A stretch of 64,000 nt of DNA from Bacilli bacterium (GCA_035367155.1 DAOSJI010000001.1:85621-149620), one strand, 5' to 3'; counted from the first letter of the stretch, positions 29,632 through 39,473 are shown. Numbers and translations are program-made. Notes: generated by a model not told the origin, from the sequence alone.

Positions 29632-30399
29632 TTATGTTTTTTTGAAAAATTTCTTAGTTAAATATATTGCAATATCTATCATACCAACGAGGAAAATTGC
29701 TATTAGTGTATATGCGAACATTTCTTTATATAATATATCTTCCTGGGCTAAACGTAGGGCAAATCCTAAACCATAAATAGATCTATTACCCGATATGATT
29801 TCTGACATGATCATAACCTTCATACCAAGACCTAAGCTTTGTACAAAGCCTAGTTTAATCATTGGCGATGCTAAGGGTATTTTAACCTTAAATAATGACT
29901 TAAATTCATTGTCACCGTCTACTTTAAGAGCGTCACATATTGTTTGATCTATATTTGTAAGGCCAGAAACAACTGCCTCATAAATAAGAGGAAAAATCAA
30001 TAATATTGTTACATATATTGGAGCATATTGGAACTTAGTAATCGATATTAGAATTAAGATTATACTTGCAGTGGGTATTGTTCGTAGAGTTACGACTAAC
30101 GGCTTTAAAAAAGCACGAACATGACTAGAAATACCGCTTAAAATGCCAAATATTAGCCCAAATAGTAATGAAATTACTAAGGCGATAAATAGTCTTAGAA
30201 GCGTTGAACCAATATGAAAATATGTATCTTTTTGCCCTAAAAGAATAAATAAAGTTTTAAAAGCATCTATAGGATGCGGAATAATAGGGCTATTAGCTAT
30301 TAAAGATATAAAAAACCATAAAAAGAAAATAAATACTATGCCTGCTATAGTCATAATAAGTTTGTTGTAGTTTTCCAAAAATACTTTAATTTTCTTCAT
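29632..30399 (-). CDS. ABC importer permease (NitT/TauT-like)
   Basis: Six TM helices and an EAA-loop-like segment (DALKVDGDNEFKSLFKVKIPLASP). Confidence 0.8.
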   Translation of the reverse strand: MKKIKVFLENYNKLIMTIAGIVFIFFLWFFISLIANSPIIPHPIDAFKTLFILLGQKDTYFHIGSTLLRLFIALVISLLFGLIFGILSGISSHVRAFLKPLVVTLRTIPTASIILILISITKFQYAPIYVTILLIFPLIYEAVVSGLTNIDQTICDALKVDGDNEFKSLFKVKIPLASPMIKLGFVQSLGLGMKVMIMSEIISGNRSIYGLGFALRLAQEDILYKEMFAYTLIAIFLVGMIDIAIYLTKKFFKKT

Positions 30400-30402
30400 C
30401 GT

Positions 30403-31362
30403 CTACTTATAAAAAGATGCATAAATGCTACTAGGATATGGAGTTTCGCCCATATAAACATTAAAAGCATCAATATCTATTTCACCAATCGTTAAACCAA
30501 GTAAATTATCATTATCTAATTGCATCGCTTTTAAAATTGGGGCTGTAATACCAAAACGGGCCTTTTGTGCATTAAGATCACCAAATTCATTAAGTGCACT
30601 AATGGCTAGATTTGGATCATTTATTAAATTATCAATATTTTCATCATAAAGGGTGAAAAAAACATCGAGTTCTTCTTTATGTGTTTCATAAGTTTTATTA
30701 CGGACGAAAATTCCTGCTTGAGGAAAGCCGTTTAAGTTCGACAAATTATGCCATTCTTCCTGTAAATCAATTATGCGATTTAATTTACCTTTTGTAGGAT
30801 ATTCATCATTTGTATTTAATGTAGCAAATAATAAGGGTTGGGCCATTAATACATAATCAATTTCTTCTTGATTATATAGTCCTGTTTTTAAAACCGAACC
30901 TGCTTCAGTAACGCTGTTAACATAATACAATGTCTTAATATCAGGAAATGTTTTAGTTAAGACCTTATTTGTAATCGCATTTGGGCTTCCAAATGTTACG
31001 ACTTTATCTAAAGTAGTTGGATATGCATCCATTTCCTTATTAATACCTACAAGATGTAAATTTCCTTTTGTGATTATTCTAGCAAGCTTAAAAGGAGCAC
31101 TATTTGTGATTATTTGATTAATTCCCCTCGTATGATCAATTATTATTACATCGTATTCATTTGTTAAAAATTGAGATTCTATGATGGAAATATTACTATT
31201 AGTTACAAAATTTGGATCATTTGCATGACTGTACAAGGTTATTGATGGTGCACCTACCGGAGAGAGTAAATGCGGCTTAAATGTAGTATTAATTGGTGCT
31301 CTATTTGTACTACAACTAACTAATAGGGTAAATAGAGGTATTAAAAAGCGAATTTTTCGCAT
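30403..31362 (-). CDS. ABC importer substrate-binding lipoprotein
   Basis: Signal peptide with lipobox LLVSC. 319-aa soluble domain, adjacent to and co-oriented with the permease. Confidence 0.7.
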   Translation of the reverse strand: MRKIRFLIPLFTLLVSCSTNRAPINTTFKPHLLSPVGAPSITLYSHANDPNFVTNSNISIIESQFLTNEYDVIIIDHTRGINQIITNSAPFKLARIITKGNLHLVGINKEMDAYPTTLDKVVTFGSPNAITNKVLTKTFPDIKTLYYVNSVTEAGSVLKTGLYNQEEIDYVLMAQPLLFATLNTNDEYPTKGKLNRIIDLQEEWHNLSNLNGFPQAGIFVRNKTYETHKEELDVFFTLYDENIDNLINDPNLAISALNEFGDLNAQKARFGITAPILKAMQLDNDNLLGLTIGEIDIDAFNVYMGETPYPSSIYASFYK

Positions 31363-32564
31363 TATTTATCCTCTAATATTTCTAAAACTGGTGTACCAAT
31401 CATATGTGGAGCCATCTTAATGTTAAAGTTAGCTAAAATAGTTGCCCCAATATCTGCAAACGCTGTACGGTTTTCTAATGTGGAGCCGTTTTTAAAACGT
31501 TTACTATATGCTATAAAAGGTACCATTTCGCGTGTATGATCGGTTCCGTGCCAGGTAGGATCATTTCCATGATCAGCAGTAACAATAATTAAATCATCTT
31601 TGCTACTAACTTCAATTAAATCTTTTAGTTGTTTATCAAAGGTTTCTAGAGCATTTGCATATCCTTTTGGATCACGTCGATGGCCATATTCACTATCAAA
31701 TTCAACTAAGTTAGTAAAAATAATACCTTCATAGGTTGCTTCTTTTAACTCTTGAATGGTTTTGTTCATTCCTTCAATGTTTGATTTTGTTTTTATTGTC
31801 TTTGTTACACCGCTATTGTTGAAAATGTCAGAAATTTTTCCAATACAACTAACAGTAAACCCACTCTTTTCTAATAAATTCATTGCAGTATCTTTCGGTG
31901 GACTTAATGCTAAATCGTGTCGGTTTGGTGTTCTAGCAAAATTATCCTTTGATGTTCCAATATATGGTCTTGCGATGATTCTACCAACTAAATATTCTGG
32001 TTTCATACATATTTCTCGAGCGATTTCGCAAACGCGGTATAACTCTTGAAGACCAGTTACTTCTTCATGAGCGGCAATTTGAAGAACAGAATCAGCTGAT
32101 GTATAAACGATTAGGCTATTATCGCGCATTTGTTCTTCACCAAGTTCTTTAAGAATTTCGGTACCGCTAGCAGCTTTGTTGCCAATAACTTTATAACCAG
32201 TTTTTTCCTCTAATTCATCGATAAGTTCTTGTGGAAAGCCAGTTTCAGTAAAGGTAATAAATGGTGAAGTTGTTAAAATTCCCATCATTTCCCAGTGGCC
32301 AGTCATTGTGTCTTTTCCCTTACTTGCTTCAAGCAATTTAGCCGCATAACTTGAAGGATGTTTGCTTGTAGGTGGAACGCCTTTAACATCTGTTAAATTG
32401 CCAATACCTAAGGATTGAAGAGTAGGTAAATTTAGTCCCCCAACAGCAGCAGCGGTATTAGCTAGTGTATTTGCACCATCATCGTTATATTTAGCAGCAT
32501 CTGGCATTGATCCAACACCAACACTATCGATAACGACAATGACAATTCTTTTAAAATTTTTCAT
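31362..32564 (-). CDS. deoB: phosphopentomutase
   Basis: Typical DeoB sequence (VIDSVGVG, TGHWE, ADHGNDPT). Confidence 0.95.
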   Translation of the reverse strand: MKNFKRIVIVVIDSVGVGSMPDAAKYNDDGANTLANTAAAVGGLNLPTLQSLGIGNLTDVKGVPPTSKHPSSYAAKLLEASKGKDTMTGHWEMMGILTTSPFITFTETGFPQELIDELEEKTGYKVIGNKAASGTEILKELGEEQMRDNSLIVYTSADSVLQIAAHEEVTGLQELYRVCEIAREICMKPEYLVGRIIARPYIGTSKDNFARTPNRHDLALSPPKDTAMNLLEKSGFTVSCIGKISDIFNNSGVTKTIKTKSNIEGMNKTIQELKEATYEGIIFTNLVEFDSEYGHRRDPKGYANALETFDKQLKDLIEVSSKDDLIIVTADHGNDPTWHGTDHTREMVPFIAYSKRFKNGSTLENRTAFADIGATILANFNIKMAPHMIGTPVLEILEDK

Positions 32565-32589
32565 ATTTCTACCTCCCTAATATTATATA

Positions 32590-33477
32590 TTAGTCCTCAC
32601 CTATTGCCAACTTATAGGCACTTTTCACTCTTTGACGTGAAACATGAGTATAAATTTGAGTAGTTGACAAGTTTTCATGACCTAATAGTTTTTGAAGTGT
32701 ATTTATTGCCATACCTTGGTCTAAAAGGTGAGTAGCGAAAGAATGTCGCAAGGTATGTGGTGATATATTCTCTTCTATACCGACTTTTTTAGCATAAAAC
32801 TTAATTCGTTTAAAGAAAAATTGTCTTGTGAATGGTTCACCTTTGTCATTTATAAAAACAATATTAGTTTTTCTTGCGAATCGATTTTTTACTCTGACTT
32901 CTTGTAGATATTTGTTTAGATATTCAGCAGCAAATTCTCCGTATGGAATGATACGTTCCTTGCCGCCTTTACCACGTATTTTTAATAAAGGAAAAGCTTC
33001 GTTTTTTAATAAATTACTAAATTTTAAGACCATAAGTTCACTTACACGAAGGCCGCTTGCATACATAATTTCTAACATAGCACGATCTCTAATACCTCCA
33101 TCTGTTGTTAAATCAGGAGCATTAAGTAAATCTTCAACTTGCTCAATTGAAAGATAAACAGGTTGTCTTTTGGGGATTTTCGGTTTTATCACATTTGTAA
33201 AAGTGCCCTTAACTTCGCCTTCTAGCTCTAAAAACCTTAAGAAATTCATAACACTACTTACACGACGATTAATTGTAGATGCTGACTTTCCTTCTTGAGA
33301 TTGTAATGCTACGAAATCATTTACAATGAATTCGTTATATTCTAATGTATCGTTTAGTTCAAAGTAACTATTAAATATTACTAAATCATTTATATAGGCT
33401 TGAATTGTATCATTTGAAAGCCCACGTTCGATTGTTAAATAGTCTTGATATTTATTTATTGCTTCACTTATATTCAT
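32590..33477 (-). CDS. xerD: tyrosine site-specific recombinase, XerD type
   Basis: R...HxxR...Y catalytic residues (GLRVSEL, HTLRHSFATHLL, GHENLSTTQIYTHV). 295 aa. Adjacent to deoB, like Bacillus ripX. Confidence 0.8.
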   Translation of the reverse strand: MNISEAINKYQDYLTIERGLSNDTIQAYINDLVIFNSYFELNDTLEYNEFIVNDFVALQSQEGKSASTINRRVSSVMNFLRFLELEGEVKGTFTNVIKPKIPKRQPVYLSIEQVEDLLNAPDLTTDGGIRDRAMLEIMYASGLRVSELMVLKFSNLLKNEAFPLLKIRGKGGKERIIPYGEFAAEYLNKYLQEVRVKNRFARKTNIVFINDKGEPFTRQFFFKRIKFYAKKVGIEENISPHTLRHSFATHLLDQGMAINTLQKLLGHENLSTTQIYTHVSRQRVKSAYKLAIGED

Positions 33478-33494
33478 ATAAAAAACTCCTAACT

Positions 33495-33512
33495 TTATAC
33501 TAATATTCTACT
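33495..33512 (-). repeat. possible short (2-unit) AGTA phased repeat
   Basis: The - strand reads AGTAGAATATT AGTATAAAGTT, then the SD AGGAG of xerD in the same 11-nt register. The first unit contains the dinB stop TAG. Confidence 0.3.
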
Positions 33513-34695
33513 TTTTCTCTTTTTTTATATCAGAAAGACGTTTAAAAATCTTTTTATCAAACTTAGAATTAAACTCATCAATTAATCTTATAGTCGCTGA
33601 TTGTTCAACCGGTTCTTCTACATCAAAAAGCGAAAGTTGTACATTTCTTATAACTACTTTATCAATATTTTGAAGAGCTACTCCTACTAATCGAATTGCT
33701 TCTCCATCATAATTTTGATCAAAAAGCATCATAGCACGACCAAATATTAATGAAAAACTATTAAATGGTTCATCGTAGGTTTTAGCATGTGTTGTTGTTT
33801 TAAAGTTGCTTTTTCTTATTGTAATTTGAAGCGTGACACCCTTTTTTTCTTGTTCTTGAGCTCTTTCACTTACTTCTAAAGATAGAGTTCTAAACATTGC
33901 TTCAATTTGCTTATAATCGCTCGTATCATCGTAAAAAGTTCTAGATGCTCCTATTGATTTAGGATCATCAGCCTCGCTTACTACTTCATCATTTCCTTGT
34001 CCATGTACCCAAGCATAAATTGTATCGTAAAACTTTCCTAATCTTTCCTTAACTCTTGGATCATTAGTATTTGCTAAATCACCAATTGTATTAATATTTA
34101 GTTTTTTTAAGACAGGTGCTGTTTTAACTCCTATCCCAAACATTTCTTCAATCTTTAGTGGCCACAATTTCTTTTTTATGTCTCTTCTTCTAATAATTGT
34201 GATTCCACGTGGTTTTTTCATGTTGCTTGCCATTTTAGCTAAAAACTTTGTTGGTGCAACTCCAATCGAACAAAGTAGTTTAGTTTGTTCATACAACTTA
34301 TTTTGTAAGTCTTTTAAGTAAGAAATAGGATTAGTTACATTTTTCATAGCCTCGCTCATATCAACAAAACATTCATCTATACTTGCGACCTCTACTTTTG
34401 ATGAATATCCACGTAGAAAGGTAACAAATTGATGAGAAAGGCGTTCATAATATTCAAAATCGACAGGAACGATAATAACATTTGGATCTAATTGTCTTGC
34501 CATATAAATTGGCATCGCTGATTTTATTCCCTTAGCTCGTGCTTCATAAGAGGCAGTTGAAACAATCCCTCGCTTTGAAAAACCACCCACGACAAGAGAT
34601 TTCCCTTTATATTCTGGGTTTCTAATGACTTCTGCGGTAGCAAAGAAGGCATTTAAATCAACGTGCATAATAATTTTAGCCATAAATAAAACCAT
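33508..34695 (-). CDS. dinB: DNA polymerase IV
   Basis: HVDLNAFFA and SIDECF motifs of Y-family polymerases. The start may be a few codons downstream (MAKII...). Confidence 0.9.
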   Translation of the reverse strand: MVLFMAKIIMHVDLNAFFATAEVIRNPEYKGKSLVVGGFSKRGIVSTASYEARAKGIKSAMPIYMARQLDPNVIIVPVDFEYYERLSHQFVTFLRGYSSKVEVASIDECFVDMSEAMKNVTNPISYLKDLQNKLYEQTKLLCSIGVAPTKFLAKMASNMKKPRGITIIRRRDIKKKLWPLKIEEMFGIGVKTAPVLKKLNINTIGDLANTNDPRVKERLGKFYDTIYAWVHGQGNDEVVSEADDPKSIGASRTFYDDTSDYKQIEAMFRTLSLEVSERAQEQEKKGVTLQITIRKSNFKTTTHAKTYDEPFNSFSLIFGRAMMLFDQNYDGEAIRLVGVALQNIDKVVIRNVQLSLFDVEEPVEQSATIRLIDEFNSKFDKKIFKRLSDIKKEKK

Positions 34696-34744
34696 TCATA
34701 TTATAAACTATAATTGAATGGCTGTTAACATAATATAGTTAGAA

Positions 34745-36631
34745 TTAGAGACTATTTTTAATTAGCGAAATAAGACTTTCAATATCTAAGCCAGTTATTT
34801 TATATTGATCACTAACAGAAGCATGCGTAATATTTTGTCGTGGGATTGCTCTTGTAATAATTTGTCCTTTAAAACCGTTATTATTTAACGTAGCGACAAG
34901 ATTATTTACAAAGCCGTATGATGTTGCATAAGGATCGATAATAATTACCTTCTTATAATGGTTTAATTTAGCAATTACATCTAAATCAAAAGGTGTCTGG
35001 AAAACAGCATTAATTAAGGTGATATTAATATTTTCTTTATATAGTTCTTCTTTAATCTTTTCAAAATGAGGCCCATAACTTACAAGGGCAACTTCACTTC
35101 TATTTTCTTCTTTTATGAGCCATTTACCAACTTCAAAAGCATCACCATTTAAAGAGTTGCTACTAATTTTACTGATTCTTTCGCGCGGATAACGAATAAA
35201 GAAAGGTCCGCCTTTATGGTTTAGTGATGTATAGACTAGTTTTTTAGCGAGTTCAGGTGTAGAAGCCATTGCTATTATTACATTTGGAATACCAATAAAA
35301 GCTGCCTGATCAAAAATTCCTTGATGTGTTGACCCATCAGCGCCAATAAGCCCAGCACGATCAACTAAAATTGTAGTAGCTAGATTCATCCTTGCTAAAT
35401 CATGAACAACTTGATCAAATGAACGTTGTAAAAAAGTAGAATAAATTGATATTATGGGGTGTTTTCCGCTTAAAGCAAGACCACTTGATAATGTGACGGC
35501 ATGTTCTTCAGCGATACCTACATCAATTGAACGACCAGGAAACTTTTTAAAAACTTCATCTAATTCCGAACCTTTTAAAGTAGCAGGATTTATTAAAAGA
35601 ACATCTTTATTTTCTTCCATTATTTTTTCAACGATATCAGCATACAATTTTGACCAAGTGATCAAGGATTCATGGTTGTTTTTTAATAACCCTGTCTCAA
35701 CATGAAAAGGTGCAATTCCATGCCAACTACCTTCTCTGTCGGTTTCAGCGGGTTTATATCCTTTACCTTTAGTTGTTTTAACATGAACAATGGTTGATTT
35801 TTGTTGTTTTTTGGCGAGTTGAAGCGCTTTATCTAGTTTTTTATAGTTATGCCCATCAACTAATCCAATATAGGCTAGTCCCATTTGCTCAAAGATATTA
35901 TGAGATATTAAGTGACGAGCAAACCAGTCTTTAATGTACCATGCTATGCGGTAAAAAAAGTATCCAACTCTTGATTTAAACATTAATCTTTTAAATCGCG
36001 ATTTCGATTTGATGTAACGTGGTGATATCTTCCAACGTCTAAACATCTTTGTTAAGGCACCAGTTGGTGGTGTAATTGACATTTCATTATCATTAAGAAC
36101 GATAATAACTTTATTATTGCGATGAGCTATATCGTTTAGTGCTTCAAAAGCTAGTCCGTTACTAATCGAGGCATCACCAATCAAAGCAACAACATGATAT
36201 TTTTCACCGTTTAAATCGCGAGCTATTGCCATTCCTTGTGCTGCGCTTAGTGAAGTTGATGAATGACCTGCTTCAAAGTGATCATATGATGATTCACTTC
36301 GTTTTTGGAAACCACTTACACCATCTTTGGTTCTTAAACCTTCGAGTTTGCGCCCTGTTAAAATTTTATATGTATAAGATTGATGGCCGACATCAAAAAG
36401 TAACTTATCTTCGTTAAAATCAAATGCTCTATTTAGGGCAATGGTTAAGCTTATCGAACCTAAATTACTACTTAAGTGGCCACCATATTTTGAGACTTGT
36501 TCTATTATTTCATCTCTAATTTGACTTTCGAGCATTTCAAGTTCATCTTTTGTTAAAGTAGCAACAAAATGAGGATCACTAATCCTTGTTAAGTCAAATG
36601 GTTCAATAATTTTCTTTCTTTTCTTACACAT
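34745..36631 (-). CDS. dxs: 1-deoxy-D-xylulose-5-phosphate synthase
   Basis: TPP motif GDASISNGLAFEALN and the typical Dxs N-terminus. No SD is visible upstream of the ATG. Confidence 0.95.
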   Translation of the reverse strand: MCKKRKKIIEPFDLTRISDPHFVATLTKDELEMLESQIRDEIIEQVSKYGGHLSSNLGSISLTIALNRAFDFNEDKLLFDVGHQSYTYKILTGRKLEGLRTKDGVSGFQKRSESSYDHFEAGHSSTSLSAAQGMAIARDLNGEKYHVVALIGDASISNGLAFEALNDIAHRNNKVIIVLNDNEMSITPPTGALTKMFRRWKISPRYIKSKSRFKRLMFKSRVGYFFYRIAWYIKDWFARHLISHNIFEQMGLAYIGLVDGHNYKKLDKALQLAKKQQKSTIVHVKTTKGKGYKPAETDREGSWHGIAPFHVETGLLKNNHESLITWSKLYADIVEKIMEENKDVLLINPATLKGSELDEVFKKFPGRSIDVGIAEEHAVTLSSGLALSGKHPIISIYSTFLQRSFDQVVHDLARMNLATTILVDRAGLIGADGSTHQGIFDQAAFIGIPNVIIAMASTPELAKKLVYTSLNHKGGPFFIRYPRERISKISSNSLNGDAFEVGKWLIKEENRSEVALVSYGPHFEKIKEELYKENINITLINAVFQTPFDLDVIAKLNHYKKVIIIDPYATSYGFVNNLVATLNNNGFKGQIITRAIPRQNITHASVSDQYKITGLDIESLISLIKNSL

Positions 36632-36634
36632 ATA

Positions 36635-36674
36635 AATTACTTATAATCTACTAATATATTACTAATAATATACT
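36635..36674 (-). repeat. 11-nt phased AGTA array (4 units)
   Basis: The - strand reads AGTATATTATT AGTAATATATT AGTAGATTATA AGTAATT. It fills the whole xseB-dxs spacer. Confidence 0.65.
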
Positions 36675-36680
36675 TTGTTG

Positions 36681-36887
36681 CTATTTTTTATCACTTTCTA
36701 TTGCTTCAATCTTGATTTTAGTTTCTTCTAGTTCTTTATTAATCATTGAAAGTAAAGCAAAACCTTCTTCATATAATTCGACACCACTTGAAAGCTCAAC
36801 ATTTGCATTTTCAAGTAGTTCAAGAATTTCTTCTAGTCTTTCCATCTTTTTTTCGATGGTCCAACCTTTAAATTTTTCATCATACAT
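36681..36887 (-). CDS. xseB: exodeoxyribonuclease VII small subunit
   Basis: 68-aa helical protein. Its start overlaps the end of xseA. Confidence 0.9.
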   Translation of the reverse strand: MYDEKFKGWTIEKKMERLEEILELLENANVELSSGVELYEEGFALLSMINKELEETKIKIEAIESDKK

Positions 36888-38157
36888 GGTCTTTAATCTC
36901 CTCTACTTTAACTAATATTTTTCCATCTTTTAGAGTAGCAACTAACATATCATCTCTACTAATTTCTTTAATTGATGTGATGATATAGCCACTTTTGTCA
37001 GAAAGCATACTATAACCACGTTCTAAAACTTTTAAGGGTGATAGAGCTTCTAGTTTTGCAAAAGCACTATTAGCGAATTCCCACTTTTTATTATAGCAGT
37101 TTTTAATGCTTTTACTGAGTGAAGACGCTTTTTCACTTAAATAGTGTTTCGTATGTAAATAATATGCGTTATATGCGGCTTTTAAACGTATTCTTAGGTC
37201 GTTTACTTTACGTTCTTTAATTGCATAAAGTTCGCCTTTTCGCTTAAAAATAGGTCTGTTTGCTAAAAGGTTATATTTATTTAGTAATATATTGTATTTG
37301 TTTTTGATGTCTTTTGTAAGACGCTTTTCAATTTCAATTAAAGATTGAATTATATTTGTTTTATTTGGAACAGCCGCTTCAGCTGCTGCGGTAGGTGTAC
37401 TTACACGTAAGTCAGCAAGAAAATCTAGCAATGTAAAATCGATTTCGTGCCCAACTGCACTAATGATAGGAACTTTTCTATTTGATAGAAGCATAATTAA
37501 CTCTTCATCATTAAAGGCCCATAGATCATCGCTACTTCCACCTCCTCTAGCAATTATTAATACATCTAATGAATACTCTAAAGAACGATTATAAGCGGCT
37601 ATTAGGCTTTTTGGTGCAGTTTCGCCCTGAACAATCGCGGGAAAATAATAAATCGTAACAAGCGGATATCTTAATGTAATATTTTCTTTAATATCAGCCC
37701 ATGCTGCACTATCTTTTCCACAAATTACTCCGATGTTACGTGGATATTTTTTTAGGGGTAATTTTTTTGATTCGTCAAATATACCAAGTTTTTCTAGTTT
37801 TTCTTTTAACTTTTTTAAAGCAAGAAGTTTTTGACCTTCACCAAAAAGGATCACATTTGAGCCAATAAGTTGATAGGTCCCACTTTTTTCATAAAGAGTT
37901 ACTTCTCCGGTTACGATAATGTCGTCGCCATCTTTAAGAGGAAAATTAAGCGAGGCAATACCTTGATAGAAAAGAACGACCTGGATTCGTGCATCATCTT
38001 CATCTTTTAATGTAAAGTAATGTGCTGATTTATATTTACTATAATTAAGTACTTCTCCACGTACATTCACTCTTTTTAGAAAAGGATTATTAGCAAAAGT
38101 TAAACGCACATACTCATTTAGTTCTCTAACAAGTAGGTAATCACGCTCTTTCATCAA
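36880..38157 (-). CDS. xseA: exodeoxyribonuclease VII large subunit
   Basis: N-terminal OB fold, a catalytic region (ARGGGSSDDLWAFNDE) and a coiled-coil C-terminus. Confidence 0.9.
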   Translation of the reverse strand: MMKERDYLLVRELNEYVRLTFANNPFLKRVNVRGEVLNYSKYKSAHYFTLKDEDDARIQVVLFYQGIASLNFPLKDGDDIIVTGEVTLYEKSGTYQLIGSNVILFGEGQKLLALKKLKEKLEKLGIFDESKKLPLKKYPRNIGVICGKDSAAWADIKENITLRYPLVTIYYFPAIVQGETAPKSLIAAYNRSLEYSLDVLIIARGGGSSDDLWAFNDEELIMLLSNRKVPIISAVGHEIDFTLLDFLADLRVSTPTAAAEAAVPNKTNIIQSLIEIEKRLTKDIKNKYNILLNKYNLLANRPIFKRKGELYAIKERKVNDLRIRLKAAYNAYYLHTKHYLSEKASSLSKSIKNCYNKKWEFANSAFAKLEALSPLKVLERGYSMLSDKSGYIITSIKEISRDDMLVATLKDGKILVKVEEIKDHV

Positions 38158-38560
38158 CTAAAACCTCATCTAAAATGGCATTTACGAATTTATACTCATC
38201 TCCAACAACATAACGTTTTGTTAATTTAATTGCTACATTAATAACAATCCGTTTATCAACATTTCCAATATAGAAATAATGAGTATAACTCATTAACAAA
38301 ATCGCTTGAATTACGCGATTTAAACGGTGAAATTTCCATTTCACAAGTTTAGGTGTAATCTCATTAATTATCTTATCTATATTTATAAGTGTTTTTATTG
38401 TAAGTTCTTTTAAAAAGATGGGTACTTCATCAATCGGGATACCGCTGATTGTTTCAATTAACTCTTCAACATCAAAAACAACATCAGCATTAACATACGA
38501 CAGCGCACTATAAATAATAGCTAAGCCGATTTCTTGTTGTTGGTTTCGAGTAATTTTCAT
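38141..38560 (-). CDS. nusB: transcription antitermination factor NusB
   Basis: 139 aa with a NusB-like C-terminal pattern (KFVNAILDEV). nusB-xseA synteny. Confidence 0.8.
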   Translation of the reverse strand: MKITRNQQQEIGLAIIYSALSYVNADVVFDVEELIETISGIPIDEVPIFLKELTIKTLINIDKIINEITPKLVKWKFHRLNRVIQAILLMSYTHYFYIGNVDKRIVINVAIKLTKRYVVGDEYKFVNAILDEVLVDERA

Positions 38561-38581
38561 ATAACAAGCCTCGAGAAAATA

Positions 38582-38599
38582 TTACCATAATTATGGTAA
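38582..38599. promoter_or_regulatory. 18-bp perfect palindrome (hairpin, attenuator or operator) upstream of nusB
   Basis: ttaccataattatggtaa. On the - strand it is followed by tattttc. Confidence 0.4.
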
Positions 38600-38607
38600 A
38601 ACTTCTA

Positions 38608-39126
38608 TTATTCTTCACTTTTTTCTCGTAAGTGAGGATATTGTTTATTTATTGTAATAACATTTGCATAACTAAATAAAGCAACAAAGGAAGCAGATAT
38701 TATTACTATATGAATGGCAATACTAGTTAAATATGAACTTCGATTAGTAAATGGGTGTGAAAAAGGTATAAAAGCAAGAATTGTATCTACTAAATAAAGA
38801 CTAATTACTGCTAAAAGCGCCCATAACCTAGCTCTTTTTGCATACATTGTTAAAAAAGCATAAATAGCACTTACCGCGGCAGATAATAAAATCACAATAA
38901 TATTAAAACTAGTTGTTAAACCTATACTTTTATATATTAGACTAAATAAAAGTTCGAGCGTTTTATAACCAAGGGCAAAATTAGGTGTTTGCTTTAAAAC
39001 AAACATGCTATTACCAAGTAAATTCATAATAGCCCCCCACAATAAAAAAAGAACGGTTTTATTGAATAAACCGACAAACATATTATGTGTTTTTATGGGC
39101 GATTTTTCGCGTTTTCGCCGCTTCAA
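38608..39126 (-). CDS. polytopic membrane protein of unknown function
   Basis: 172 aa with a basic N-terminus and about four hydrophobic helices. TTG start overlaps the asp23 stop (TTGA). Confidence 0.6.
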   Translation of the reverse strand: MKRRKREKSPIKTHNMFVGLFNKTVLFLLWGAIMNLLGNSMFVLKQTPNFALGYKTLELLFSLIYKSIGLTTSFNIIVILLSAAVSAIYAFLTMYAKRARLWALLAVISLYLVDTILAFIPFSHPFTNRSSYLTSIAIHIVIISASFVALFSYANVITINKQYPHLREKSEE

Positions 39127-39473
39127 TTAATCTCCTTTTTTTCAGCGAATCCTGCTACAACAACATCAATTTTAAAAGGAATCATTTCTGTCATCATCGC
39201 AAGAGCATTACTAACATTATCTTGAATCGCAAGACAAACTTCATCTACAGGAGCGCCTTTAACTAAAATGACATGAATTTTAACATTAACTAAACCGTTA
39301 CGAATACTACAAGAAATTGGTTTATGTAGTTTAAAAGTAGCGGAAACTGGATCTAAAAGAATTGCACCTTGAACTTGGTTGGTTGCAATACCTGCAATTT
39401 GATCAAATACAAAATGAGAAATTCCCATATTGCCATTTCGAGTGTAATTTTGAATATAAACGTATTCAGCCAT
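39123..39473 (-). CDS. Asp23/Gls24-family envelope stress protein
   Basis: The Asp23 domain begins MAEYVYIQNY. I prefer the ATG at 39473 (SD AGAAGGA) because the track extension to 39545 would cover the tkt terminator. Confidence 0.8.
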   Translation of the reverse strand: MAEYVYIQNYTRNGNMGISHFVFDQIAGIATNQVQGAILLDPVSATFKLHKPISCSIRNGLVNVKIHVILVKGAPVDEVCLAIQDNVSNALAMMTEMIPFKIDVVVAGFAEKKEIN

